Origin: an uncultured Actinomycetes bacterium
Lineage (GTDB): Bacteria; Actinomycetota; Acidimicrobiia; IMCC26256; DASPTH01
Length of the DNA stretch: 64,000 nucleotides
NCBI GenBank assembly: GCA_963720785.1
Contig: CAVRGQ010000008.1
Location: 834,651 to 898,650 of the forward strand
Direction of reading: 5' to 3'
A program made the position numbers and the translations under genes. A model generated the notes under the pieces. It did not search any database, had not been told where the DNA came from, and worked only from the letters and a program-made list of their open reading frames with translations. This document shows, piece after piece, positions 19,267 to 28,393 of this stretch; position 1 is the stretch's first letter; every line of letters starts with the position of its first letter.

Positions 19267-20753
19267 GCACCGGAGCGGGGCACACCTACGACACGATCGT
19301 CGTCGGGTCGGGTTCGGCCGGCGCGCCCCTCGCGGTGCGGCTCGCCGAACGCGGCCGCCGGGTGCTGCTCCTCGAGGCGGGTCCGGACGTGCGCGGCCCC
19401 GATCTGCCCGACGAGCTGCGCTACCTCTCGCGCGGTCTGTTGCCCGAGCACGACTGGGGCGACACCGTGCGCTCGCACAACGACCGCGAGCACGTGTACC
19501 GACGCGGGCACCTCGTCGGCGGCTCGTCGGCCACCAATGGCGGTGTCGCGATGCGCGCCGAACCTGCCGACTTCGAGTCGTGGCCCGCGGAGTGGCGCTA
19601 CGACGACCTGCTGCCCGCGTTCCGCCGATCGGAGCACGACCTCGACTTCGGCGACGCACCCTGGCACGGCGACGCGGGCCCGATCCCGGTCGTGCGCTGG
19701 CCGGAGGCGACGTGGGCGGAGTTGCAGCACGGCTTCGTGCGCGGCTGCCTCGCGCTGGGGCTCGACGCGTGCGCGGACCACAACGCGCCCGGCACCACCG
19801 GCGTGGGTCCGGTGCCGATGAACCGCATCGACCGCGAACGGGTGTCGACCGCGCGGGCCTACCTCGAACCCGCGCGCGACCTCGCGGCACTCACGATCCG
19901 CGCGGGCGCGCACGTGCGCCGGCTGCTGTTCGACGGCACCCGCGCCCGCGGCGTCGAGCTGGTCGACGGCGAGGAGATCCTCGCGGGTGAGGTGGTGCTG
20001 TGCGCCGGCTTCGTGCAGGACCCGCTCCTGCTGTGGCGTTCGGGCATCGGCCCCGCCGACGGCGTTGGTTCGCTGGGCGTGGAGCCGCTCGTCGACCTCC
20101 CGGGCGTCGGCGCGCGCCTCACCGACCACTACGTGATGACGTGGGCCACCCCCGTCGACCCCTCCGTGATCACCGACGACGCGCCCAGCCTGCAGACCAT
20201 CCTGCGCGCCACCGCGCCGGGCAGCGACCGCGAGCACGACCTCCAGCTCACGCCCTGGGTGCGGCGCCACGGCGACGGTCGACGAGAGCTCGGAGTCAGC
20301 GTCTCGTTGCAGCTGCCGGTGGGCACCGGCAGGGTCACGCCGGCAAGCGCCGACCCTGCGGCACCGGCGCAGATCCGCTGGTCGTTCACCGGCGAGCCCG
20401 AGAACGTGCGCCGCCTCCGTGAGGGCGTGCGGCTGGCCGCCCGGATCGCCGACGCATCGGGGATGGCCACCGACCGCGCCGCGCTCGACGCCGACCTCGC
20501 CCGCAGCGACGCCGAGCTCGACGCGCTGGTGCACACCGACCACGGAGCGTTCTGGCACGGCTGCGGCACCTGCGCCATGGGCGACGACGACGATCCACTC
20601 GCCGTCGTCGACCCGGAGTGCCGCCTGCGCAGCGTCACGCAGGTGTGGGTGTGCGACACGTCGGTCATCCCGACCGTGCCCCGCTCGAACACCAACCTCG
20701 TTGCCATCGCCCTCGGCGAGCGCCTCGCCGATCTCATGGCCCCGCAAGGCTGA
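19263..20753 (+). CDS. GMC family oxidoreductase (choline dehydrogenase-like)
   Basis: 'YDTIVVGSGSAG', 'VLLLEAG', 'RGHLVGGSSATNG', 'WHGCGTCAMG', 'VCDTSVIP', 'NTN'. GTGA overlap with upstream stop. Confidence 0.92.
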   Translation: MSTGAGHTYDTIVVGSGSAGAPLAVRLAERGRRVLLLEAGPDVRGPDLPDELRYLSRGLLPEHDWGDTVRSHNDREHVYRRGHLVGGSSATNGGVAMRAEPADFESWPAEWRYDDLLPAFRRSEHDLDFGDAPWHGDAGPIPVVRWPEATWAELQHGFVRGCLALGLDACADHNAPGTTGVGPVPMNRIDRERVSTARAYLEPARDLAALTIRAGAHVRRLLFDGTRARGVELVDGEEILAGEVVLCAGFVQDPLLLWRSGIGPADGVGSLGVEPLVDLPGVGARLTDHYVMTWATPVDPSVITDDAPSLQTILRATAPGSDREHDLQLTPWVRRHGDGRRELGVSVSLQLPVGTGRVTPASADPAAPAQIRWSFTGEPENVRRLREGVRLAARIADASGMATDRAALDADLARSDAELDALVHTDHGAFWHGCGTCAMGDDDDPLAVVDPECRLRSVTQVWVCDTSVIPTVPRSNTNLVAIALGERLADLMAPQG

Positions 20754-20761
20754 GGAGCACC

Positions 20762-21603
20762 GTGCCCGAACCCCTCGTGCTGACCGACGTGACCGACCGG
20801 GTCGCGGTGATCACCCTCAACCGGCCCGAGGCCCGCAACGCGCTGTCGCGTCGAGGTGCTGGCCGCTCTGCCCGAGGCGATCGCCGCGTGCGACGCGGAC
20901 GACGACGTCGACGTGATCGTGCTCACCGGCGCCGATCCCGCGTTCTGCGCCGGCATCGACCTGAAGTCACTGTCGAGCGGCACCACGGCGCCACCTTCGG
21001 CGGGCACACCCCGCGCCGCTCCGACCAGCGCGGGCACCCGCCAGCAGCCGTTCGCGTCGACGCGCAAGCCCCTGATCGCCGCGGTGAACGGCGCCGCGGT
21101 CACCGGCGGGCTCGAGGTGGTGCTCGCCTGCGACTTCGTGATCGCCTCGGAACGGGCGCGCTTCGCCGACACGCACGCCCGCGTCGGCATCATGCCGGGC
21201 TGGGGCCTCACGGTGCGCCTCGCCGAAGCCGTCGGGCAGCGGCGCGCGCGGGAGATGAGCACCACCGGCAACTTCGTCGATGCGCAGACCGCGTACGACT
21301 GGGGACTGGTGAACCACGTCGTCCCACACGAAGCGCTCCTGCCCTCCTGCCGCGCGCTGGCCGCCGACATCGTGTCGAACGACCAGCCCGGTGTCCGCGA
21401 GGTCCTCGCGACCTACCCGCGCGGAGCTGGCGATGACCGCCGAGGAGCAACTCGACTACGAGAGCCGACGGTCACGCGAGTGGATGTCGGCCGGCGGCGG
21501 CCGTCCGGAGGAGATCGCACGGCGACGCGAGGCAATCGAGGCGCGCGGACGCGCGCAAGCAGAGTCGGCGCGCGATCGCGCGCAGAAGGGAGACCACCAA
21601 TGA
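20762..21603 (+). CDS. Enoyl-CoA hydratase/isomerase family protein, two indels (~20850, ~21418)
   Basis: 'VAVITLNRPEARNALS' | 'LTGADPAFCAGIDL...KPLIAAVNGAAVTGGLE...FADTHARVG' | 'EEIARRREAIEARGRAQ' across frames. Confidence 0.85.
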
Positions 21604-22355
21604 GTCTCGTCAGCACCGAACGCATCGGCCACGTCCTCGTGGCCCGCATCGAGCGCGAGGAGAAGCGCAACGCGATCAACGAGGAGATCACGCTCGGGAT
21701 CGACGCCGCGCTCAACCTGCTCGACGACGACCCCGACCTCTGGGTGGGCATCCTCGCGGGTACCCCGAACGTGTTCTCCGCCGGCACCGACCTCACCGGC
21801 ACGATGCCCACGAGCGCGCGAGGCGGCGAGTACGGGATCATCCGGCGCGAGCGCGCCAAGCCGTTGATCGCCGCGGTGGAGGGCTTCGCCGTCGGCGGCG
21901 GCTTCGAGATCGTGCTCGCCTGCGACCTCGTGGTCGCGTCGCGCACCGCGAAGTTCGGTCTCCCCGAGGTCAAGCGGGGGCTGATCCCAACCTGCGGCGG
22001 CCTCTTCCGGGGACCACGTGCCCTGCCGCTCAACGTGGCCCGCGAGATGATGCTCACCGGCGACTCCATCGACGCCGAACGTGGCTTCGCCGTGGGCCTG
22101 GTGAACACCGTCACCGAACCGGGCGGCGCGCTCGACGGCGCCCTCGCGCTGGCCGACCGCATCTGCGCCTGCGGCCCCAACGTGGTGCGCATCAGCATGC
22201 AGGCCGTCGACGAGGTGATCGCCGCCGACGACGCCGACGACTGGGACGCCACCGCGCGCGCCACCCACGCGATGGTCGCCGCACCCGACAAGGACGAAGG
22301 CATGCGCGCCTTCTTCGAGAAGCGCATGCCCAACTGGGAAGCGGTCCAGGCCTGA
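21600..22355 (+). CDS. Enoyl-CoA hydratase/isomerase family protein
   Basis: 'KRNAIN', 'FSAGTDL', 'KPLIAAVEG.AVGGGFEI.LACDL', 'FGLPEVKRGL', 'EGMRAFFEKR.P.W'. ATGA overlap. Confidence 0.92.
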   Translation: MSLVSTERIGHVLVARIEREEKRNAINEEITLGIDAALNLLDDDPDLWVGILAGTPNVFSAGTDLTGTMPTSARGGEYGIIRRERAKPLIAAVEGFAVGGGFEIVLACDLVVASRTAKFGLPEVKRGLIPTCGGLFRGPRALPLNVAREMMLTGDSIDAERGFAVGLVNTVTEPGGALDGALALADRICACGPNVVRISMQAVDEVIAADDADDWDATARATHAMVAAPDKDEGMRAFFEKRMPNWEAVQA

Positions 22356-23566
22356 TGCACGTCGAGGGCTTCCAGGTCTCGACCTTCCAAGTCTCGATCG
22401 GCGACGAGGAGATCGACGGGCTGCGCGCCGCGCTGCGCCGCACACGCTGGCCGAGCCAGGTTGCCGACGCCGGGTGGTCAGAGGGCACCGACCTCGCGTA
22501 CCTGCAGGACCTCGTCGCCTACTGGGCCGACGGGTTCGACTGGCGCGCGGTCGAGGCGCGTCTGAACGACGAGCCGCAGTTCGTCGCGCGTGTCGGCGAG
22601 CAGTCGGGCGAGCCGATCGACGTGCACTTCGTGCACCGGCGCGGCGTCGGTCCCGCGCCCTTGCCGATCGTCCTCACGCACGGGTGGCCCAGCACGTACT
22701 TCGAGTACCACCGGGTGATCGGGCCGCTCGCCGACCCCGCCGCGTACGGCGGCGATCCCGCCGACGCGTTCGACGTGATCGTGCCGTCGCTCCCCGGCTA
22801 CGGCTTCTCCTCGATCCCGTCGCGTGCAGGCACCGGCGCGTCGCGCATCGCCGCGCTGTGGACCGAGCTCCTCCACGGGCTCGGGTACGACCGGTACGGC
22901 GCAGCCGGCTGCGACTGGGGCGCGCTCGTCACGAGCCTGATGGGCCTCGACCACCCGGACGGTCTCGTGGGCATCCACCAGGGGATGCTCGCCCTGCGCG
23001 CCCGCGGCACCGCCCCACCCACCGATCCCGATGCGCTGGCCGAGGACGCCGCGTTCAGCGCGCGCAGCAAGGCGTGGGCCCGGTGGGAGGCCGCGTACAC
23101 CGACATCCAGGGCACCCGGCCGCAGTCGCTCGCGTACGGACTCAACGACTCTCCTGCGGGCCTCGCCGCCTGGATCGTGGAGAAGTTCCGCGCCTGGGGC
23201 GACACGAACGGCGACGTCGAGTCCGTGTTCGCACGCGACGACCTCCTCACCAACCTGTCGATCTACTGGTTCACCCAGACCATCGGCAGCGCCAACCGCC
23301 TGTACCACGAGGCCCGCCGCAACTCCCGCCGCCTCGGCGAGGGTGAGCGGGTGACCGTGCCCGCGGGGTTCCTGCTCGAACGCGCACTTCCCGAGGGCCA
23401 TGTGACCCCGAACATCGGGCCACCGCCCCGCCGACGTGCTGAGATGGTGTTCGACGTGCGGCGTTGGACCATCGCACCGCGGGGCGCCCACTTCCCCGCG
23501 TGGGAGACTCCCGACCTCTACGTCGACGACGTGCGGGCGTTCTTCCGCGATCTGCGGGCACACTGA
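22355..23566 (+). CDS. Epoxide hydrolase (EHN + alpha/beta hydrolase)
   Basis: 'YWADGFDWR..E..LN', 'LTHGWP', 'VPSLPGYGFS', 'GCDWG', 'LNDSPAGLAAWI.EKF', 'GAHFPAWE'. Confidence 0.93.
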   Translation: MHVEGFQVSTFQVSIGDEEIDGLRAALRRTRWPSQVADAGWSEGTDLAYLQDLVAYWADGFDWRAVEARLNDEPQFVARVGEQSGEPIDVHFVHRRGVGPAPLPIVLTHGWPSTYFEYHRVIGPLADPAAYGGDPADAFDVIVPSLPGYGFSSIPSRAGTGASRIAALWTELLHGLGYDRYGAAGCDWGALVTSLMGLDHPDGLVGIHQGMLALRARGTAPPTDPDALAEDAAFSARSKAWARWEAAYTDIQGTRPQSLAYGLNDSPAGLAAWIVEKFRAWGDTNGDVESVFARDDLLTNLSIYWFTQTIGSANRLYHEARRNSRRLGEGERVTVPAGFLLERALPEGHVTPNIGPPPRRRAEMVFDVRRWTIAPRGAHFPAWETPDLYVDDVRAFFRDLRAH

Positions 23567-23586
23567 CCACTTCAACGGGGGGACCG

Positions 23587-24810
23587 ATGGACACCACGAT
23601 CGACCTGCTCGACCCGGACCGTTTCCAGCGGCTCGAGCATCACGACATGTTCCGTCGGCTGCGGGCCGAGAACCCCGTCTCGTGGCACGAGATGCCCGGT
23701 GAGGACGGCTTCTGGTCGCTGGTGAAGCACAAGGACGTCGTCGAGGTGAACCGCGACGCCGAGCGGTTCTCGTCGGAGAAGGGCGGCACCACGCTCTTCG
23801 ACAACCGCGGCGAGAACGGCTTCGACATGCGGGGCGTGATGATGCTGGAGACCGATCCGCCCCGGCACACGCGCTACCGCCTGCTCGTCAACAAGGGCTT
23901 CACCCCGCGCATGATCGGCGTGCTCGAGCAGTACCTCCGCAACCGCGCCACGCTCATCGTCGACAACGTGATCGAGCGCGGCGAGTGCGACTTCGTCGTC
24001 GACCTCGCCTCGGAGCTGCCGCTGCAGGCGATCGCCGAGATCATGGGCGTGCCGCAGGAGGACCGCAAGCTCATCTTCGAGTGGTCGAACGCGATGGTCG
24101 GCGCCGACGACCCCGAGTTCGCGGCGTCGCCCGACGAGGCCATGACCGCGTCGGCCTCCCTCTACGCGTACGCGAACGACCTGGCGAAGCAGCGCCGCAG
24201 CGACCCGCGCGACGACATCGTCACCAAGCTCATCAACGCCGAGGTCGACGGCGAACAGCTCAGCGAGCTCGAGTTCGACATGTTCATGCTGCTGCTCGCG
24301 GTCGCGGGCAACGAGACCACGCGCAACACCACCGCGTGGGGCATGTGGGCGCTCATGCAGCACCCGGAGCAGTACGCGGCGCTGCGCGGCGACATGGACG
24401 GCCTGCTCGGCAGCGCGGTCGAGGAGATCCTCCGCTGGGCGTCGCCGGTCATGTACTTCCGGCGCACCGCCACGTGCGACACCGAGGTCGCCGGTCAGGC
24501 AATCCGTGAGGGCGACAAGGTCGTCATGTGGCACATCTCCGCCAACCGCGACGAGGACGTGTTCGACGACCCCTTCCGCTTCGACATCACGCGTGATCCC
24601 AACGACCACGTCGCGTTCGGTGGCGGCGGACACCACTTCTGTCTCGGCGCCAACCTGGCGCGGGCGGAGTTGCGCTTCATCTTCGAGGAGGTGCTCGAGC
24701 GCATCCCCGACATGCGCGCCGCGGCCGACCCGGACATCCTGCGCTCGAACTTCATCGGCGGCATCAAGCACTTGCCCGTGACGTTCACCCCGGGCACGCG
24801 CAAGGGCTGA
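23587..24810 (+). CDS. Cytochrome P450 (CYP124/125-like)
   Basis: 'DPPRHTRYR', 'AGNETTR', 'EEILR', 'SANRDE', heme motif 'FGGGGHHFCLG'. Confidence 0.95.
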   Translation: MDTTIDLLDPDRFQRLEHHDMFRRLRAENPVSWHEMPGEDGFWSLVKHKDVVEVNRDAERFSSEKGGTTLFDNRGENGFDMRGVMMLETDPPRHTRYRLLVNKGFTPRMIGVLEQYLRNRATLIVDNVIERGECDFVVDLASELPLQAIAEIMGVPQEDRKLIFEWSNAMVGADDPEFAASPDEAMTASASLYAYANDLAKQRRSDPRDDIVTKLINAEVDGEQLSELEFDMFMLLLAVAGNETTRNTTAWGMWALMQHPEQYAALRGDMDGLLGSAVEEILRWASPVMYFRRTATCDTEVAGQAIREGDKVVMWHISANRDEDVFDDPFRFDITRDPNDHVAFGGGGHHFCLGANLARAELRFIFEEVLERIPDMRAAADPDILRSNFIGGIKHLPVTFTPGTRKG

Positions 24811-24815
24811 AGCCG

Positions 24816-24862
24816 AACCGGCGTCAATTCCTGCCCATAGTGGGCTCGGATTGACGCCGGTT
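24816..24862. repeat. Nested palindrome (REP/MITE-like), copy 2
   Basis: AACCGGCGTCAAT...ATTGACGCCGGTT with inner GCCCA-TAG-TGGGC; between convergent P450 and CoA-transferase genes. Confidence 0.9.
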
Positions 24863-24868
24863 GAGCAA

Positions 24869-26104
24869 TCAGGCGACGACGCCGCGGACCTTCAGGTCGA
24901 TGACGGTGTCCCAGTCCATGCCGAGGTCCTCGACGAGGATCGTGTCGCCGTGCTCGTTGAACGCGGGGCCGCGCTTCGCGGGCGCGGGCTCCTCGTCGAA
25001 CTGCACCGGCGTGGCCACCACGCGGTACGGCTTGCCGTCGTGAGTCTCGCAGTCCTGCACGTAGCCGTTGGCGATGGTCTGCGGGTCGGACGCGATCTCG
25101 AGCGAGTCCTGCGCCACCGCCCACTGCGCCTTCATCCCGGTGAACGCCTCACGCCAGTGCGCAAGCGGCCTCGACGAGATGGTGTCCCACACCAGGCGCG
25201 CCGCGATCGGCGCGTTGGCCATGAACGTGTCGGAGTCGGTGCTGAAGCGCGGGTCGGTGGCGTACTCGGCCAGGCCGAGCCGCTCGCAGAACTCGGGCCA
25301 GTAGTGAAAGCCCTGCAGCGCTGAGAACACGATGAAGCGGTCGTCGCTCGTGCGGTAGGTGCCGACGATCGGGTTCGTGGGAGTGGCGATCTCGTCGTCG
25401 GCGAGCTGCTGGTTCCAGGGCTCGCCGGTCTGTTGCGAGATCGCGACCGCCCCACCCAGGGCCCACATGCCGGTGGCGAGCAGCGACACGTCGACCACGT
25501 GGGTGCGGCCCGTGCGCTCGCGGTCGAGCAGCGCGGTGGCGATGCCACCGGCGATGACCATGGCGCCGAGGTTGTCGCCGAACGCCGGCGCGGGCTGGGT
25601 GGGCGGCATCGGGTGCTGCTTGGCGCGCAACGTGTCGGCGACGCCGGAACGTGCCCAGAAGCCGAGGAAGTCGTAGCCGCCGGCGTTGACGTCGGGCCCG
25701 CGCACGCCGTACCCGCTGCCCCGCACGTAGACGATGTCGGGGTTGTGCTCGCGCACCTCCTCGACCGTGATGTGCAGCTTCTCGCACACGTACGGGAGCT
25801 TGTTCACGAGGAACACGTCGGACTGGGCGATCAGCTGGTGCAGGATGGCGAGGCCGTCGGGATCGGACAGGTCGAGGCCGAGGCTGCGCTTCCCCCGGTT
25901 GGAGTTCTCCACCAGCACCTGCACGTCGGTGCCGAACCCGAGGATCCCCACCTGCCCGAGGCCCCGCATCGCGTCGCCGCGCTCGGGGTGCTCGATCTTG
26001 ATCACCTCGGCGCCCCAGTCGGCGAGGATCGCGGAGGCGAGGGGGACGAAGGTGTGCTCCGCCACCTCGAGGATGCGGATGCCCTGCAGCAGATCGTTGC
26101 TCAT
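24869..26104 (-). CDS. CaiB/BaiF family CoA-transferase
   Basis: 'LQGIRILEVA', 'LADWGAEVIKIE', 'NRGKRSLGLDL', 'GGYD', 'ALLDRERTG'. Confidence 0.92.
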   Translation of the reverse strand: MSNDLLQGIRILEVAEHTFVPLASAILADWGAEVIKIEHPERGDAMRGLGQVGILGFGTDVQVLVENSNRGKRSLGLDLSDPDGLAILHQLIAQSDVFLVNKLPYVCEKLHITVEEVREHNPDIVYVRGSGYGVRGPDVNAGGYDFLGFWARSGVADTLRAKQHPMPPTQPAPAFGDNLGAMVIAGGIATALLDRERTGRTHVVDVSLLATGMWALGGAVAISQQTGEPWNQQLADDEIATPTNPIVGTYRTSDDRFIVFSALQGFHYWPEFCERLGLAEYATDPRFSTDSDTFMANAPIAARLVWDTISSRPLAHWREAFTGMKAQWAVAQDSLEIASDPQTIANGYVQDCETHDGKPYRVVATPVQFDEEPAPAKRGPAFNEHGDTILVEDLGMDWDTVIDLKVRGVVA

Positions 26105-26144
26105 CGGGGTGATCGTATGGGCGTCGCCGGTAACGTGACCGGCC

Positions 26145-27944
26145 GTGCGCATTGCAGTGCTGGTGAAGCAGATCCCCGCCTTCGAGGAGATGGAGCTCGG
26201 GCCCGACGGCCGGCTCGTCCGCGAGGGACTCGACCTCGAGATGAATCCCTATTGCCGCCGGGCCGTCGCCCAGGCGGTGGCTCTCGGGCAGGAGCTCGAC
26301 GGCGGGCACGAGGTCCTGTTCGTGACCCTCGGGCCCCCGCCCGCCGAGGACGTGCTCCGCGAGGCGCTGGCGTGGGCGATCGAGCGCGGCGTCGACGCAC
26401 GGGGTCTGCACGTGAGCGATCCCGCATTCGCGGGCAGCGACACCCTCGCCACCGCGCGGGCGCTCGCCGCCGCGCTGCAACACGCGGGACCGTTCGACCT
26501 CGTGCTCGCGGGCCGCAACTCCGTCGACGCCGACACCGGTCAGGTGGGCCCCGAGCTCGCCGAGCTGCTCGACCTCCCCTTCCTCACCGGCGTGCGCCAC
26601 CTGCAGATCGACGCCGGCCCCGATGGTGGCGGCACGGTGAACGCCCGGTGCGAGCACGACGACGGCTGGGTGCAGGCGGAAGTCGCGCTGCCCTCGGTGC
26701 TGAGCACCGCCGAACGCCTCATCGACCCCTGCAAGGTCGACCCGCCCGGCCGCGCGGCGGTGCCCGCCGAGCTCATCGACGTCGTGAACGCCGCCACCCT
26801 CGGCGCCGGCCCGTGGGGCCAGGCGGGCAGCCCCACCTGGGTGGGCGACGTGAAGGTCCACGAGGTGTCGCGCGAGCAGGTGGTGCTCGGCGGCACCGTC
26901 GCGGAGCAGGTGGCCCGAGCTGTCGAACTCCTCGTTGCGCGTGGTGCGCTCGGCGACGACGTGGCGGCCGCGGCCGCGGCCGTGACCGTCCCGCCCTCAC
27001 GACCGGCGACCGGTCCGATCGTCGCGGTGGTCGCCGAACCCCACCGCCAGCACGACACCCGCGAACTGCTGGGCGCCGCCGCCGCCCTGGCCGCCGAGAT
27101 CGACGGGTTCGCGGTGGCGGTGGTGTTCGGCGACGACGACGCCGACCCGCTCTCCACCTGGGGCGCCGACGCGGTGGCGCGCATCGAGGGCGCTCACACC
27201 GAGGAGGACGCCGCCGCCACGCTCGGCGCCTGGTGCGACGACCTCACCCCGTGGGCCGTCCTCGCGCCGAGCACCGCCTGGGGCCGCGAGGTTGCGTCAC
27301 GGGTCGCCGCCCATCTGGGCGCGGGTCTCACCGGCGACGCGGTCGACCTGGAGGTGCGCGACGGCCGCCTCGTCGCGTGGAAGCCCGCGTTCGGCGGCCA
27401 GCTCGTCGCCGCCATCGAGACGCGTTCGCCGGTGCAGCTCGCGACCGTGCGGGTGGGCGTGCTGCCCGCACCCGCGCCGCGCGCGGCGTCGACCGTGGTG
27501 TCGCGTCCCGTCACCGCACGCAATCGCGGCCGGGTGAAGGTGCTCGCCCGCACGCGCGACGACGACCTCGACACCCTCGCCGAGGCCGGCGCGGTCATCG
27601 GCGTAGGCCGCGGCATCGACCCGTCGGAGTACGACGACCTCCAGCCGCTCGTCGACGCGCTCGGCGCCGAGCTCGGCGCGACCCGCAAGGTCACCGACGC
27701 GGGCTGGCTGCCCCGTGCGCGTCAGATCGGCATCACCGGGCGCACCATCTCGCCGCGGCTCTTCGTGTCGATCGGCGCGAGCGGCAAGTTCAACCACATG
27801 GTGGGCGTGCGCGCGTCGGGCACCGTGCTCGCGATCAACCCCGACCCCGACGCGCTCGTGTTCGGCGTGAGCGACATCGGCATCGTGGCCGACTGGCACG
27901 AAGCCGTCCCGCTCCTCGCCAAGGCGTTGTCCGGCCGCTCCTGA
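26145..27944 (+). CDS. Fused electron transfer flavoprotein beta-alpha (EtfB-EtfA)
   Basis: Beta part: 'IAVLVKQIP', 'GSDTLATARALA', 'GRNSVDADTGQVG'. Alpha part: 'KPAFGG', 'GRGI', 'GATRKVTDAGW', 'QIGITGRTISP.L', 'GASGKFNH.VG'. Confidence 0.9.
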   Translation: MRIAVLVKQIPAFEEMELGPDGRLVREGLDLEMNPYCRRAVAQAVALGQELDGGHEVLFVTLGPPPAEDVLREALAWAIERGVDARGLHVSDPAFAGSDTLATARALAAALQHAGPFDLVLAGRNSVDADTGQVGPELAELLDLPFLTGVRHLQIDAGPDGGGTVNARCEHDDGWVQAEVALPSVLSTAERLIDPCKVDPPGRAAVPAELIDVVNAATLGAGPWGQAGSPTWVGDVKVHEVSREQVVLGGTVAEQVARAVELLVARGALGDDVAAAAAAVTVPPSRPATGPIVAVVAEPHRQHDTRELLGAAAALAAEIDGFAVAVVFGDDDADPLSTWGADAVARIEGAHTEEDAAATLGAWCDDLTPWAVLAPSTAWGREVASRVAAHLGAGLTGDAVDLEVRDGRLVAWKPAFGGQLVAAIETRSPVQLATVRVGVLPAPAPRAASTVVSRPVTARNRGRVKVLARTRDDDLDTLAEAGAVIGVGRGIDPSEYDDLQPLVDALGAELGATRKVTDAGWLPRARQIGITGRTISPRLFVSIGASGKFNHMVGVRASGTVLAINPDPDALVFGVSDIGIVADWHEAVPLLAKALSGRS

Positions 27945-28029
27945 TCAATTCCTCGCACAGGCGCACACCAGTAGAGTTCGCCTTTCTCCACCGGACCCGG
28001 CGGGGAACACAGCGGAAAGGTTGTGCACT

Positions 28030-28290
28030 GTGCAGGTCATCGCGACGCACGAGGTCAAGGACGTCGACCACTGGTTCGCCTCGCCCAAGCGGGCGGAGTT
28101 CTTCGAAGCCCGGGGCATGAAGGTGACACCTTTCCGCCAGCCGGGCGGTAGCGAGAAGTCGGTGGCTCTCCTCATCGAGACGCCGGACATGGAGTCCCTC
28201 CAGGCCGCGCTCGAAACGGAAGAGGCGCAGGCGGCCGAGAAGTACGACGGCGTCCTGGCCGAGACGATCAAGATCTTCGTCGCCGAATAG
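28030..28290 (+). CDS. Small hypothetical protein (possible dimeric alpha+beta barrel / ABM-like)
   Basis: GC3-rich codons, GAAAGG RBS-like sequence upstream, 'HEVKDVDHW' pattern; function unknown. Confidence 0.65.
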   Translation: MQVIATHEVKDVDHWFASPKRAEFFEARGMKVTPFRQPGGSEKSVALLIETPDMESLQAALETEEAQAAEKYDGVLAETIKIFVAE

Positions 28291-28328
28291 ACACCTTCGA
28301 GTCCGTCGGCCGCGTGCACGGCGCCGGC

Positions 28329-28350
28329 GTTCGGCCCGGGAGGGCCGAAC
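28329..28350. terminator. GC hairpin between convergent genes
   Basis: GTTCGGCCC-GGGA-GGGCCGAAC, 9-bp stem; no U-tract. Confidence 0.4.
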
Positions 28351-28393
28351 CCGCCCGGCCTGTAGCCGAGCGGCAGCGAGGCCAGAGTGAAAG

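Noticed and set aside
19263-20753. Mycofactocin-system GMC oxidoreductase (MftG)
   Set aside because: No mft precursor or radical SAM genes in the window, and motifs are generic for GMC enzymes.
20856-22355. 499-aa double-crotonase fusion in the ORF track
   Set aside because: Artefact of an indel near 21418; the true first gene ends at 21603 and the second has its own RBS and ATGA-overlapping start at 21600.
25433-28120. Long alternative-frame or antisense ORFs (e.g. 895 aa here, 683 aa at 29363, 644 aa at 7670)
   Set aside because: Arg/Gly/Pro-rich shadow ORFs typical of high-GC DNA, overlapping well-supported genes and lacking recognisable motifs.
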